Below, piece by piece: positions 47,551-63,101 of a stretch of 64,000 nucleotides of DNA; the stretch's first letter is position 1, and the number at the start of each line of letters is the position of its first letter. Source of the stretch: the human T2T-CHM13v2.0 reference genome, Homo sapiens. A program made the position numbers and the translations under genes. Under the pieces are notes generated by a model. That model searched no databases and was not told the DNA's origin. It was given only the letters and a program-made list of their open reading frames with translations. The DNA is taken from NCBI RefSeq assembly GCF_009914755.1, contig NC_060930.1, one strand, 5' to 3'.

Positions 47551-50160
47551 TTATATTTTTAGTTGAAGTATAACTTACATAAACTATACAAATCTATAGT
47601 GTATAGCTCAAAAGGTTTTTACACCTACTGCACCTGTTTAATAGACACCTAAATCAAGATAGATAGACGTTTCTAGCAAACAACAGGCTGCTTCGTGTAC
47701 CCACCTAGTTGTTACTTCTCTACCTCATCCCTCCGCATAAATAACTACTCTGATCCCAATCAGCATTAATTAGTTCTGTCTGTTGTTGAACTTTATGTAA
47801 ATGGAATCACAGTGTATGTTCTTTTGTGTCAGCCTTCTTTTGCTCAATATTGTCTGTGATTATTTAGGTTGTTGCCAAGGGCTGTGTTTGATTCTCTTTC
47901 TTGCTATTTAATACAACATTGTAGGCCAGGCGCAGTGGCTCGCACCTGTAATCCCAGCACTTTGGGAGGCCGAGGTAGGTGGATTGCCTGAGCTCAGGTG
48001 TTCGAGACCAGCCTGGGCAACGTGCAAAACCGTGTCTCTACCAAAACTACAAAAAATTAGCTGGGCATAGAGGCAGGCACCTATGGTCCCAGCTACTGGG
48101 GAGGCTGAGGTGAGGATCGCTTGAGCCCGGAAGGTGGAGGTTGCAGTGAGCGCGTATCATGCTGCACTCCAACCTGAGTGACACAGTGAGACCCTGGCTC
48201 AAAACAAAACAAACAAAAAAAATACATCACTGTATGAATATACCAAAATGTATTAACCCATTCTGCTACTGAAGATATTTGGGTAGTTTCCAGATTGAAA
48301 CAGTTATGAATAACACTGTTTTAAATAACTGTGGATACATACTCAGGAGTGGAATTGTTCACTTATTGGAGATAGATATTGATAGGTAGGTAGATTTCAT
48401 ATATACATATATATAAATAAACACACACAAATATAAATTAGTTCTTTCGAAAACTGTCTGGCAGTATCTATCATCTGTCTATCTGTCTGTCTATCTATCT
48501 AATCTTTTAGAAAATACTGCCAAATAGTTCTTCAAGCTATCGTATCAATTTACCCTCTAATCAGCAAACATGCTCTACATCCTCCCCAACACTTATTATT
48601 GTCCCTAAGTCTTTTCAATTTTAGCCATTCTGGCAGATATGTTGTGGGGTCTCCATAATTTTTTTTTAGCACTTTTCTGATGACTAGTGATAGGTACCTT
48701 TCCATATGCATATTGGTAATTTGGATGTATTCTGTGAAGTTTTTGCTTCATTTTTTATTGTGTTTTGTGTTTTTATCTAATTGGCTTATAAGATTTTGTT
48801 ATATTTCTCTGAAATATTTATATATAATATATGAATATTTATATATAATATTTATAGAAATAGTTATATAACATATAAATTACAAATATCTTTTCCATAT
48901 AAAAGATATTTGTAAAACATATATATAACAAATATCTTTCCCCAGTCTGTGGCTTGCATTGCCTTTTTGCTCTTTTCATATTATCTTTTGATTAACAGAA
49001 GTTCTTAATTTAAATAAAGTCCAATTTTATCTACTTTTCCTTTCACAATTAGTGCCTTTTTCATCCTGTTTATGAAACCTTGTCTGCCCCAATATCATAA
49101 GATATTCTCTTACGTTTTCTTCCATAGCTTCATTGTTTTTCTTTTAACATTTAGGTTTATGATACATTTTGAATTTATTTTTTGGTGTGGTATAAGGAAG
49201 AAATTAGGGATCACTTTTTCCAACCTTATATCTAATTGATTTACTGCCAATTTATGAAGAGACCATTCTTCTCCTACTAATTTGTGGTTGCAACTTTGTT
49301 TTGAATCAAGTGACTATAAATGTGCAGGTCTATTTCTAGGCTTTGTATTCTGCTCCATTGGTCTATTTGTCTATCCTTGCAGTGATACCACATTGCCCTA
49401 AATATTCCAGGTTTATAATTTGTCTTGATATTTGGTAGTGTATGTCCTATGCTTTTGTTATTCATGAAAGTTACCTAAGCTTCTCTAGTCATTTTCATAT
49501 GGAATTTTAAAGTAGCATATCAATTCTTTAAAAATAAAACCCACTTAAATTAAATTGTGTTCTACCTACACATAATTGAAAAATATTGAGTCTTTGAGTC
49601 GATGAATATGAATATTTCCCCATTTATGCAGGTCTTCATAATACTTTATTATTCTTAATGTATACATCTGTACATCTTTCTTTAGATTTATTGCCAGGTA
49701 TTTGCTGGTGTGTGTCCTATTTAACACATGTGTATAAATGCGAATAAATATATAAAAGTCAAAATATATAGAAATCAAATTAGTTTTTGTATGTTGACTT
49801 TGAATTCAGCAACTTGGTAAATTTACTTAATAATCAATGTGTGGATTGTCTAAGATTTTCTATTTACACAACTGTATCCTCTACAATGTAATGATTTTAT
49901 TTATTGTTTTTCAATAAGAATATCTTTTATTGACTTTTTAAATAAAGATACTAATAACTTTATTATAGTGTTGAATAGAAATTTTGATAGTGAATATCTT
50001 TGTGCTTTCTTAATTTCAATGAAAAATTGATGGAAATTTCAGCATTGACTAGGGTATTAGCCACAAAGCTTTTGTAGATTTCTCTTATCATATTTTAAAA
50101 TTTCCCTTTTATTCCTAGTTTGCTGAGAGTTTCCATCATCTGGTGTTGAACTTTATCAAA
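47551..50160 (-). mobile_element. Old L1M, interrupted by Alu and AT-rich inserts
   Basis: Reverse-strand 3'UTR motifs. Track ORF 49277-49465 (LPNIKTNYK..WY..DRQIDQWSRI) is decayed ORF2. Confidence 0.85.
47924..48220 (+). mobile_element. AluJ-like
   Basis: Dimer with gaggatcgcttgagccc, and TSD aatacaacattgta/aatacatcactgta. Confidence 0.9.
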
Positions 50161-50240
50161 CTGTTTGAACTTTATTCAGGTTCACCTTAAAGATCAGTGA
50201 CCCTTAGCCTTGGCTCTACATTAGAATCACCCAGAGACTT

Positions 50241-50960
50241 TGTATCAGTCTGGGTTCAATCAGGAGACGAAAATCACACAGTAATTTGTATAGTCAAAAA
50301 TCAGTATAAAAATTAACAGAGGATTGGAGCTAAGAGAGAGCACACAAAGAAAAGGCTACCTTCTTCCAATCTGACATCCAGACCTCACTGAAGGGGGCAC
50401 AGCTGGGTCACTGGATGGCAGATAACTTCTCTGAGGTGCCACACTAGCAGAACTCATTGGAAAACTTATTCTGGAGTGCCAAAGAAAGCTATGCAGAAGA
50501 AGGAACGATGTTTCAGAGGTGATTGCGGAACTGCCCAACAGTTATCCACCAGAAGATGCCTAGCCAAGGCACTCTACTACAAAGCCACCTGAAGCGGGTG
50601 GTGGCCTGGGGAAAAACAGTCATGGAAACCAAGTCCACTAGTGGCACTCCCTTCTCTGACAGCAGAGAAATTGTGAAGCCACTTGAGGGTTGTACCAGTA
50701 GAAGGCACCGTGGACTGCTGGCCACCAGGCACTGACAATAAGCAATGAGCATGCTGCAAGAAGCTAATGAGAGGAGCACACTAGATCCAGGAAGGGAATC
50801 TCTGTTTTTCTGCATGGTCCCTCCAGCACCCTCTATGCAAAGCTTAATATCACGCTTGCTGCAAATGAAAAATACATAATGTATCCAGATCCCTAATTGC
50901 AAAGCAGTTTTAAAAAAGGAAGGATTTGGAGATAAGATGCAATAAATTGATTAATAGCAT
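50241..50960 (-). mobile_element. Old ERVL-type LTR (LTR41-like, subfamily unsure)
   Basis: tgtatcagtctgggttcaatcaggagac start and ccctccagcaccctcta..aaagcttaatatc motif. Confidence 0.5.
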
Positions 50961-51299
50961 AGAGCTCAGAGCTTTTTATCACATACTTCCCAGCTTTTAT
51001 TCTTCTCTGTTTTCCCTGCCCTACGGCCTTCACTTGTATTTTATGGGATCACCTTCCAGTTAAAATACCAACACTCAGGTCCCTGGTTCAGAGTTGCTCT
51101 CAGAGAATGCCCAAGTAAGATAGCGATCTACATGTGAGGTTTCTTCTGGCAATATTTCATGTTCCATTGAATAAAATACGACATCTATATTGAATTAAAA
51201 CATTAGTTTATATCAGAATCCATCATTATCAGATATCAAATATTATTTATTAAAATATCATTATTTGGCTTCTACTTCAACATCAGCAAGTCACTCATT

Positions 51300-54200
51300 T
51301 CTTTCTTATATCATCAACCTTTCATACTCTATTCAATCTGTTCATTTGTATATAAAATTATAATTTCTCACATCTAAAAAATCCTTCTCTTGTCCCTAAT
51401 TTTTCCTCTACCTAATGCTTGACTTTATCTTTCTTTTTAGAGAAAAGTTTGAAAAAGTTATACATACTTGCTCTTTCCACTATTGTCTCTTTATTTCACT
51501 CAAAACATGTTTTAACCCTCAACATTCCACCAAAATTGTTCTGGTCAAAGTCACCAGATCTTCTGTTTAGCTAAATCCAGCAGTAATTTATGTCTTCAAC
51601 TTACTTGGTCCGTCAGCAACATTTAAAATCTTTACCCCTCATTCCTATTGAAATTTTTTTTTCATTTAGCTTTAAGAACATCACATTCAACTAATTTTCT
51701 TCTTGCCTTTCTAAATATTCCTTCTCAGTCTTATTTGCTAATTAATATCTCCATTTCCACATTCTAAATGTCAGAGTGCCGCACTGCTCAATCACTGAAA
51801 TTTTTTCTTGTCAACTTACACTATCAACCTGGATGATTTAACCAGTCTCATAACTGGTGACTCATATTTATATCTCCTGCCTGGACATCTCACTAAATTC
51901 CAAAAAAGTATATCTATTTCACTATCTATAGATATTTGCAACTAAATACATCCAGAACTTAGTGTTTAATATCCATCCCCAGACAAGTTCTGATATGGTT
52001 TGGCTGTGGCCCCACCCAAATCTCATTTTTAATTTTAGCTCCCATAATTCCCATGTGTTGTGGGAGGAACCTGGTGGGAGATAATTGAATCACGGGGGTG
52101 GTTTCCCCCATACTGTTCTCGTGGTAGTGAATAAGTCTCATGAGATCTGATGGCTTTATAAGGGGAAACCCCTTTTGCCTGGCTCACATTTTCTCTCTTG
52201 CCTGCTGCCATGTAAGACATGCCTTTTGCTTTCCGTCACAATTGTGAGGCCTCCCCAGCCACATGGAACTGTGAGTCCAATAAAATTTTTTTGTATGTAT
52301 AAATTACCCAGTCTCAGGTATGTCTTTATCAGCAGTGTGAGAACAGACTAATACAGTAAATTGGTACTGGTAGAGTAGGGTGCTGCTGTAAAGATACCTG
52401 AAAATGTGGAAGCAACTTTGGAGCTGGGTAATAAGCAGAGGTTGGATCAGTTGGGAGGGCTCGGAAGAAGCAGGAAAATGTGGGAAAGTTTGGAACTTCC
52501 TAGAGACTTGTTGAATGGCTTTGACCAAAATGCTGATAATGATATGGACAATGAAATCTAGGCTGAGGTGGTCTCAGATGGAGATGAGGAACTTGTTGGG
52601 AACTGCAGTAAAGGTGACTCTTGTTATATTTTAGCAAAGAGACTGGCAACATTTTGCCCCTGCCCTAGAGATGTGTGGAACTTTGAACTTGAGGGAGATG
52701 ATTTAGGGTATCTGGCAGAAGAAATTTCTAAGCAGCAAAGCATTCAAGATGTGAGTTGAGTGCTGTTAAAAGCATTCAGTTTTAAAAGGGAAACAGAATA
52801 AAATTTTGGACAATTTGCAGCCTGACAATGTGATAGAAAAGAAAAACCCATTTTCTGGGAGAAATTCAAGCTGGTTACAGAAATTTGCATAAGTAATGAG
52901 GAGCCATATGTTAATTGCTGAGACAATGGGGAAAATGTCTCCAGGGCATGTCAGAGATCTCTGTGGCAGCCCCTCCCATCACAGGCCTGGAGGCTTAGAA
53001 GGGAAAAGTGGTTTTGTGGGCCGGGGCCAGGGATCGGCCAGGGATCCTCTGCTCCGTGCAGCCTAGGGACTTGGTTCCCTGCATCCCAGCCAATCTAGCT
53101 GTGGCTGAAAGGGCCCGAGGTACAGCTTGAGCTGTGGCTTCACAGGGTGCAAGCCCCAAGCCTTGGCAGCTTCCATGTGGTGTTGAGCCTGTGGGTGCAC
53201 AGAAATTAAGAATTAAACTTTGGGAACCTCCACCTAGATTTCAGCAGATGTATGGAAAAGAATGGATGTACAGGCAGAAATTTGCTATAGGGGCAGAGAC
53301 CTCATGGAGAACCCCTGCTAGGACAATGTGGAAGGGAAATGTGGAGTTGAAACCCCCACACAGAGTCCTCACTGGGGCACTGCCTAGTGGAGCTGTGAGA
53401 AGAGGGCCACCGTCCTCCAGACCCAGAATGTCAGATCCACTGAGAGCTTGCACTTTGTGCCTGGAAAATCCTCAATCAATGCCATCTCGTGAAACCAGCT
53501 AGGAGTTGGGCCATACCCCACAAAGCCACAGGAGCAGAACTGCCCAAGGCTGTGGGTGCCCACCTTTTGCATCAGCATGACCTGGATGTGAGACATGGAG
53601 TCAAATGATATCATTTTGGAGCGTTAAGGTTTGACTGCCCCCCTGAATTTGGACTTGCATGGGGCCTTTAGCCCCCTTATTTTGGCCAATTTCTTCCTTC
53701 TGGAACAGGTGTATTTACCCAATGCCTGTACCCCCATTGTATCTAGAAAGTAACTAACTTGCTTTTGATTTTACAGGCTCATAGGCAGAAGGAACTTGCC
53801 TGTCTCAGATGAGACTTTGGACTGTGGACTTTTGAGTTAATGCTGAAATAAATTAAGACTTGAGGGACTGTTGGGAAGGCATGATCGCTTTTGAAATGTG
53901 AGGACATGACATTTGGGAGGAGCCAGGGGTGGAATGGTATGGTTTGGCTCTGTGTCTCCACCCAAATCTCATTTTTAATTGTAGCTTTCCTAATTCCCAT
54001 GTGTTGTGGGAGGGACCTAGTGGGCAATAAATGAATCATAGGGGCAGTTTCCCCCATACTGTTATCGTGGTAGTGAATAAGTCTCATGAGATCTGATGGC
54101 TTTATAAAGGGAAACTCCTTTTGCTTGGCTCTCATCCTCTTTCTTGCCTGCTGCCATGTAAGATGTGCCTTTTGCCTTCCACCATGATTGTGAGGCCTCC

Positions 54201-55600
54201 CCAGCCACATGGAACTGTGAATTCATTAAACCTCTTTTTTTTATTTAATAAATTACCCTGTCTCAGGTATGTCTTTAACAGCAGTGTAAGAACAGACTAA
54301 TACAAGTTCCTTCCACAGTTTTCCTCATCTCAGTTAATGAAATATCCGTTTATCAGTTGCTGAAGCCAAAGCTACGGTGTCAATTTTGCCCCCTCTACTT
54401 CTCTCATGTCCCAAATGCAATCCATCAGAACATTATAATTTGGTCCTACAGGTGCTACCTTCAAAACATGTCCATAGATTGATAGCTTCTCATCATTCCC
54501 ACTGCCAATACCCTGGTCCAAACTATCATTACCTCTTTCCTGGTGTATAGGATGCTGTGATGTATGACACAGATACCCCTTTATGCCTGGAAGACTAACT
54601 TCCCCTGCTCAGGGAGTACTCTACTTCTGGTAGGCAGCAACTCAGTGGCTATCCCTCTTTGGAAATTGCCTCCATTGAAAAAGCCTATTTCATCCAAGGT
54701 TACATTATCTTCCTGGGACATCCCACATCCAATGACTAGTCCACATTGGGGGATAAAGGACAAATCTTCTAACCTAGTGCAGTCTGCTTGCCATTCCAGC
54801 TTTAGCACTCCCACTAGGGTGGCTGAGAACTTTTAGGACGTTATATCTCAACCCAACTTCTCCCATCACCTGATTCTGCTTTCTTCCCTTTCCTGCCATG
54901 GGAATCAATTCCAAGATCTAACTTACACTTACATTAATCTCAGTCTCAGAGTCTACTTCCCTAGGACCCTAATTCAACATCAGGACTATTGCAGAGGTCT
55001 TCAAACAGGCCTTCCTGTTTCTACCCTTTCTCCCCTTAGTTCTCAACACAGCATCCAAAGCAAATCTCCTAAAATCTAACTTTGATTATGTCCCTTCTCT
55101 GCATAAAACTCTCCTGTGCATCAACATCTCATGACCCTCTGAGATCTGAGATCTGGACCCCTGCCATTTCTTTAACCTTTTTATCTGTCTCAGTTTTCTT
55201 CATTCTGCTTCAGTCACACTGAACAGTCACACTGCCCTCTCTGCTGTTCCTTAAATATGTTAGGCATCTTTTAACTGCTTCTTGCTGTATTGTCTGCCTA
55301 GAATGCTCTCCTGTCATATATCTACATGGCAGTTTCTTATGCTTTCATCATGTCTTTAGTCATCTATTCAATGGAGTCTTCCTTCAACATTTTATATCTT
55401 TCTACCCTCTTAATTCTTATCTTTAGCACATACAATTCAATACTATAATTCTGCTCCTTTACCTTATCATCTATTCCTCAAACTAGAATGCAAACTCCAT
55501 GAGTACAGAAATCTCTGTTTTGTTTATTACTACATTTCCAAAGCCTAGAATAGTGCCTGGCAAGCCATGACTATTCAATTAAATATTTAGTAACTAATAA
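51300..55600 (+). mobile_element. Long L2 remnant hosting THE1 and an LTR16-like insert (54553-54979)
   Basis: L2 motifs on both sides (tcaaagtcacca; gactcatatttatatctcc; tagaatgcaaactccatgag..aatagtgcctggca). Confidence 0.65.
51991..54304 (+). mobile_element. Full THE1(B-like) MaLR element: LTR 51991-52355, internal 52356-53934, LTR 53935-54304
   Basis: Two homologous LTRs with TG...CA ends, a purine tract before the 3' LTR, and perfect 5 bp TSD AGTTC (51986-51990, 54305-54309). Confidence 0.95.
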
Positions 55601-56594
55601 ATAATCAAACTCAATTGTTAGTTGGTTAAATTACAAATAAAACTAATAATGTATGTTCTAGGATATTTTCTTTCAAAGACCAAATAAGTAAATTTAACAT
55701 ACTTTGTAAAATGAATTAGAGGGAAGAAGAGTCAGGAAACTAGTTAAAACACTCAGCTTGTGCAAATGTGAAGCAATACAGATTTGGAACCAAGACTCTG
55801 GCAATATGATTAGAATAGAAGGGGAAAACTTTGTTTTACTATGAAAATGATGAGAAGGTATGAAACAAAAAGTCAGAAACAGGACCAAGATAACTTAGTT
55901 ACCAGGGATTTTTGAGGACAAAAAAAAAAAATGTTGTTTCATTCCAACAGGCATTTAAAGTTGTAGAGCTGAAACCAAGGAAAGATGTATACTAGAGATA
56001 AGTTGAACATTGTTTACAATGGGATACAAACTGAAAGCATGAAAAAAAGATCTTTTCAGGAATCAGAATAATGAGTTAGAAAAAGGTAAGACCAACCCTT
56101 GTGATATGCTGAAATTTTTAGGAGGAAAGAAGGAAAGGACAAATGGGACATAGGTAAGGCCCATCTAGGAGGTAGGTAGAAATGGAAACACTGCAGTATC
56201 AAAGAAGTCAAGAGAATAGTTTAAGAAGGTCAAGCTCAACAGTGATAAAAGCTTTAAGTAGGTCATAAAAAATAAGGCCTAAGAAAGCTGGTTGAATTTC
56301 TCAACTGGATGTTCATAGTATTTAAATTATTAAGTCACATAAGAGGAATGTAATTCTTTCATCATATGTATTTTAATCTGAGGTCTGTTTTCTTTGCATT
56401 GCATTTAAAAATATACATAAATTTACAACATGCTAGTTTATTAACACTTTATAGGAAATAGTATGTCTTGTTACTGTACTAATGGTTTGGCAATTAATAA
56501 ATTGCCCATTTTAGAGAAGATGATGCAACCTACCCCTTTGCAAAAGTCCTAAGTAAAATCTATTAAATTATTTCAGGGTTTACATCTTGATTCC

Positions 56595-56756
56595 TTACAC
56601 AGTCTTTGTTGCAACTATTTGACACTGCCATTATAGCTTGAAAGCAGCCATAGACATTATTAGAATGATGGATGTGACTGTGTTTCAATAAAATTAATTT
56701 ACAAAAACAGGCAACTGACTAGACTGAGCCCATAGGCTGCAGTTTGTCAACTCCTA
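56595..56756. mobile_element. MER58A-like fragment
   Basis: gtctttgttgcaacta..aaagcagccatagaca..tttacaaaaacagg..cagtttgtcaactcct. Confidence 0.7.
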
Positions 56757-57297
56757 AGCGACTAAAAATATGCCAGAAGTGGAAACTATGGTGCCGTGAT
56801 GTTGTCTATACTGAGATAGAAGCACAATTTTTTTTGTAAATGCAGAAAACATCCTCTTTTTTGTCTCCTAAAGTCTCTGGTTGTTGCATATTTTATTTTA
56901 AATATAACCATGTACCGAAGTCTGAAAAATTAAGAGTTCAAATGAACAGGCAGAGAAAAATATATGCTGTGACCCTCAGATCAAACAGCTTTCATATATT
57001 CATTAATATATCTTAAACATCTTTATGGGTTACCAATGATGCATAAGGAGCTGTGCTGGGTACTGTAAGAAACCCAAAGATGGGTAATATTCAGTCCCTT
57101 TCATCAGGAAGTTAAGAACCCAGTAGAAAAAATAATACATTCTTACAAATATAGGATGTTAAATACACATAGAAATGTGTCACAGAAGAAAATAAAAATA
57201 CGTTTTTCTAGATGAGGGAGAAATTACTCTTAGCTGGCTTGAGGAAATGTGGAAGTTTAGGAGAGAGATCACAGCCCCTTTCCTGAAGGAAATAACA

Positions 57298-57377
57298 TTA
57301 GGTTACTATGAAAGTAACTGTGTTTTTTGCCATTGAAAGTAATAGCAAGAACCGTAATTACTTTTTGCACCTCATAT
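57298..57377. mobile_element. MADE1 (Hsmar1 MITE), degenerate
   Basis: 80 bp near-palindrome ttaggtt..aaagtaac..tttttgccattgaaagtaatagcaagaaccgtaattactttttgcacc. Confidence 0.8.
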
Positions 57378-57614
57378 ATGAGACATGTCTCATAGACTTG
57401 GATAAATACAAATTTAAAAGACAATCCCAAGGGAAAGGACATAAAAAACAAAGAGTACAACATACATAAAATCCCGGTGGTAAAAAAATAAAGCTATGTG
57501 AAACAAAAATGAATAATTACTTTTTATAAAAATATAAAGTAATATGCTGAATGTAGATAAGGCCAGAGAGTTAAATGGGAGCAAGACATTATTGGGACTT
57601 AAAAGGCATTGGAA

Positions 57615-58250
57615 CAGAATGAATCCAGGTTTGGGCAGGTAGAAGCTCACACAGTGTTTTAAGCCCTACTGAAGAAAAAGAATATATATAAAATTACATA
57701 TAAAAGTAAACATGTATTCAGAATGAGAAAAGAAGTTACAACAAATCAAAAAGTTTTAAAAGTAGACAAACGCTACAAAAATCACAAGATCCAGAATCGA
57801 TCTTAACGCTTGGATTATGTTACTATCTGAAATACCCCATTGACTGGCTACACTCTTCGATCATATTGCCACATGACAAAGACTATAACTCAGCCGCCTT
57901 TCCTCTAGCACAGCTGACCAACATGTTTTAATGATAGTATATAAAAGTGTCTTTCGGCTTCACAAAACATTGTTGATGATGGTAAATTTTTAGGAATACT
58001 GTCAAATTTGGGAAAGTGTTTATATTGCGAGATTTCAGGGCATTTCCAATTATCTTACTCAGTGACTAATTGTAAATATTTCTTAAATTGATGAAAAATT
58101 TGTCATTAATGTCCTCATATAGTGGCATATCATTCGTTTTATGCTATCTTTCTTGAAGGAAGTAATATGTGTCAAGAATTTAAATCTTTTTCCAGTGTGT
58201 TCAGATGATTCATGCCTCATGGGTAATCAGGTTAGTAAACAATTCAGGAA
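57615..58250. mobile_element. hAT-Tip100 fossil (Zaphod/MER115-like)
   Basis: atccaggttt..aagaaaaagaata..agaatgagaaaagaa terminus. The minus strand near 57950-58020 has FPNLTVFLKIY..CEAER hAT motif remnants. Confidence 0.55.
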
Positions 58251-59409
58251 CCTACTCATTATTTCTATTTGTAGAGCATGTGTCTTCTTTTTGATGAACT
58301 TAAAGGGAAGCAATCTCATAAGATGAGGAAACCTGAGGTGTGGCAATATCTATGGACCACTAAAATAATACTTTGAAAAATTTTAATTATGAATTATGTA
58401 TTTCTACAGTTTGGAAACCTCATTACTTATTTCAGTAATCAAAGGTACTAGTGGAAATAGTTAAATTATTTTAAATGTTCAAAAATATATAACCAAAGAA
58501 CACACCATCTTAGGAGGTCATAAAATTAATAATTCCTCCTGATGAAACAATTTATTATGATACATTTCTAGTGCCATCTAGTGTTTAAAAGAGTATATAT
58601 GAATTTCTCAAAGACTATAGGCAAAATAAGTAAACAATTTAGTTTTAATTTTTATCAACATACATTCTTTGATTCTACATCTCAGTGATACCATCTAAGA
58701 TTTTATATTAAAAATTGACAACAAAATAATTTTAAGCCCACAGAGCTTTTAGAAATTAATTAAATTCTTATGCAATAAAAGGAATTAATTCTGTCACTAT
58801 GCTGAAAAAAGACAAGTCAGGACTTCAAGCTACTATAAGACAGAGAGACTAGTTCTCATTGAAATGTCTAATCCGATAGATATTTTCAATAGAGTCTTAG
58901 GTCAAGAAGAATATTTTTGGTTAAATCAAGATGAATTTAAGCTGTGTAAGTGATATCTTTTTAAACCATTATGACTAACTTTATAGCTCTACTAAAGGCA
59001 AAAGGTTTTATTTAACAAATCAGTCAGTTTACTGTTGCTGTCACCAAATCCAGATATTTAAGTATCTCAATTTTATCAAAATAACATAGCTTCCTTGATT
59101 TTACTATTTGTATCCTATAAAAACAATATTACATTAACAAACAAAAGCTTATCTAACCATTTTTTATTGTTATGTGCAAAACCTAAAACTAGAAATTTTA
59201 AAACTTCTGCAAATTCAACATGAGAAATAGGCAACAGACTTGTTTTCTTTATCCTCCTTTTACTATTAATTCACTGACAATATAAAACAGCTGATTTAGA
59301 TATCATTAAACTCATATTGCTCTTCTATTCTGAGGTTTTAGACTGAGAAACAAAGTCAAAACAAATTACAAATTCAAAAACCAAATGCATACTGCAAATA
59401 TCATAAGAT

Positions 59410-61113
<1,704 letters not shown>

Positions 61114-63101
61114 ATTGGTGCTTCTAAACCCAGGTGGATGCACAATGTTCAGTCCTCAGGAGACTCATCCACACAGCCACCACCTCTCAGTTGCCCTGTT
61201 TCTGCAGGGGCAATGTTAATTACACTCAGACTGGTCAGTCTAGTCCAGGCTTACAAGGGCCAGGAGCACTGTACCAGGCATCATAGGACTACATTTCTAG
61301 GACTACATTTCCAGGACTACCAGGAAGTCATGGAAGTATTTGATAAGTTCATTCATTCAAGAAGTTTTCAATCAACAGTTTGGCAGTACTGAGCTCCAGT
61401 CAACCCCAGAGGAGGAGAACAGGGGGTGCAAGGCAGGCAAGTTGTGCTTGGCTAGACAGTCCCTAATTAAAACTGCTAGCAATAGCAGCAGTAGAGATGT
61501 GTGAGTATATGTGAGGAACTGTGTATGTGAAGTGACAAGCAATGCAGCTAAGCCTCTCTAATAGCCCAATGGAGTATATTTTGCTGTGAGACCATCTTTG
61601 ATCCATAAGCACACATCTTACCTCTCACGTGGCAGGCTCTCAACTACTTTGCTTTACCTGCTAGGTACTAAATAAAAATACTCTGAATGAGGTCTCCCTT
61701 TAAAAAAAAAAAAAAAAAAAAAAAGCTACTGCAAATGAGAAAAATTTTCTGTATCTAGAGAGGGAGTAATTTTTACCTTGTTAGTTTCTGATTAATGCAG
61801 TTGCTGTTAAATTCCACCTGCTGATTAGAGTTGCAACGTTAAAAAAGCTCCCAGAAATAGTTCTTGAATTATTCATCTTTAACCCTAAAATGTATTCTGG
61901 TTACAACAGTGGATAGTTAAATCTGGGCTGACAATTCTTACTTATACTCAATTTGAACACTAATCCTCAAGCGGAATATAGAAACGACAAACAAGAAAGA
62001 GTCATAAATTTGACCTGTCATTGTGTTTGCTCACTATTTTTTCCTTTAAACAACACATTACAAATTGCTTCAGATGTGATATAATCTTATTACATAACAA
62101 AAAGTTTTATCATTGGAACATTTTTAAACTGAATTTTTTTATTTTTCAAAAAATAAATTTATAGGAAAGCCACATATGAATTATATATTTTATTGTAAAA
62201 ATATTTTTATTTAATTCATTCATTCTATCCTTTTTTCCACATAGAATTGCAATTAAGCAGTCTCAGGCACATGAAAGCAAATTATTTTAACCATCTAAGA
62301 AGTTCCAATCACAACTACCTTCATTTGATTCTTTCCAGTATTTCACAATTTTCTCTTTACAGAAATTCTGTCTAACTAATAAGTGTTTATTTTTTATCCT
62401 TGGGTATTTCTGTTAAATACCCAAGCCAATTTCTTAGGTCCTGTATTCAAAGAAAATCAATATTAGTGCATCATTCCTTTTCATATATATATGAAAAACA
62501 AGCTTTAAGATGCCTTGTGAAGCTTTCCTCTGTAAGATAAATAATTGTTTCTTTTTTTTGGTAGGTCTTTACTCCAAACCCTCTAAGTCAAAATAGTTTA
62601 TTTACTTAAAAATTCATTTGTTTGTTCTTTCATTTAATATTAAAATCTTTTCTTGATTCCGAAAAAGCTGGAAGCATTTTACAGATTTAAAGGACAATTT
62701 TTTCAGAATAAAGCACAAAGGAAAGCAAAGATGAGTAAAATGTTTAAAGAGTGTCATAAGAAAAGGAGCAAATGCCTTAAGATATGAGACAGTTAATCTT
62801 TTATTATGCAATCCTGGATAAGCCAGTTTCAGTTTTTGAATTTCTAAGAGTCCCACAATGGTGAAAATCATTAAGCCACTTACGAGAGCTTAATGCTAAT
62901 CATACCACACAGATTCTCGATGTTCTCTTGCCTACACTAGCTCAGGTGACATTTTATGGACCAAGTGAGCAAGAGGAGATGAGCCAAAATGGCCTGAGGA
63001 ACAAATCAGACCAGCCCAATGGGACAGTGACCCTGGCTGGGAGAGCTGGAAACAACAAAGTCACATTATGACCTGGAGAGAGAGCCTTCTCTGCAGGTTC
63101 C

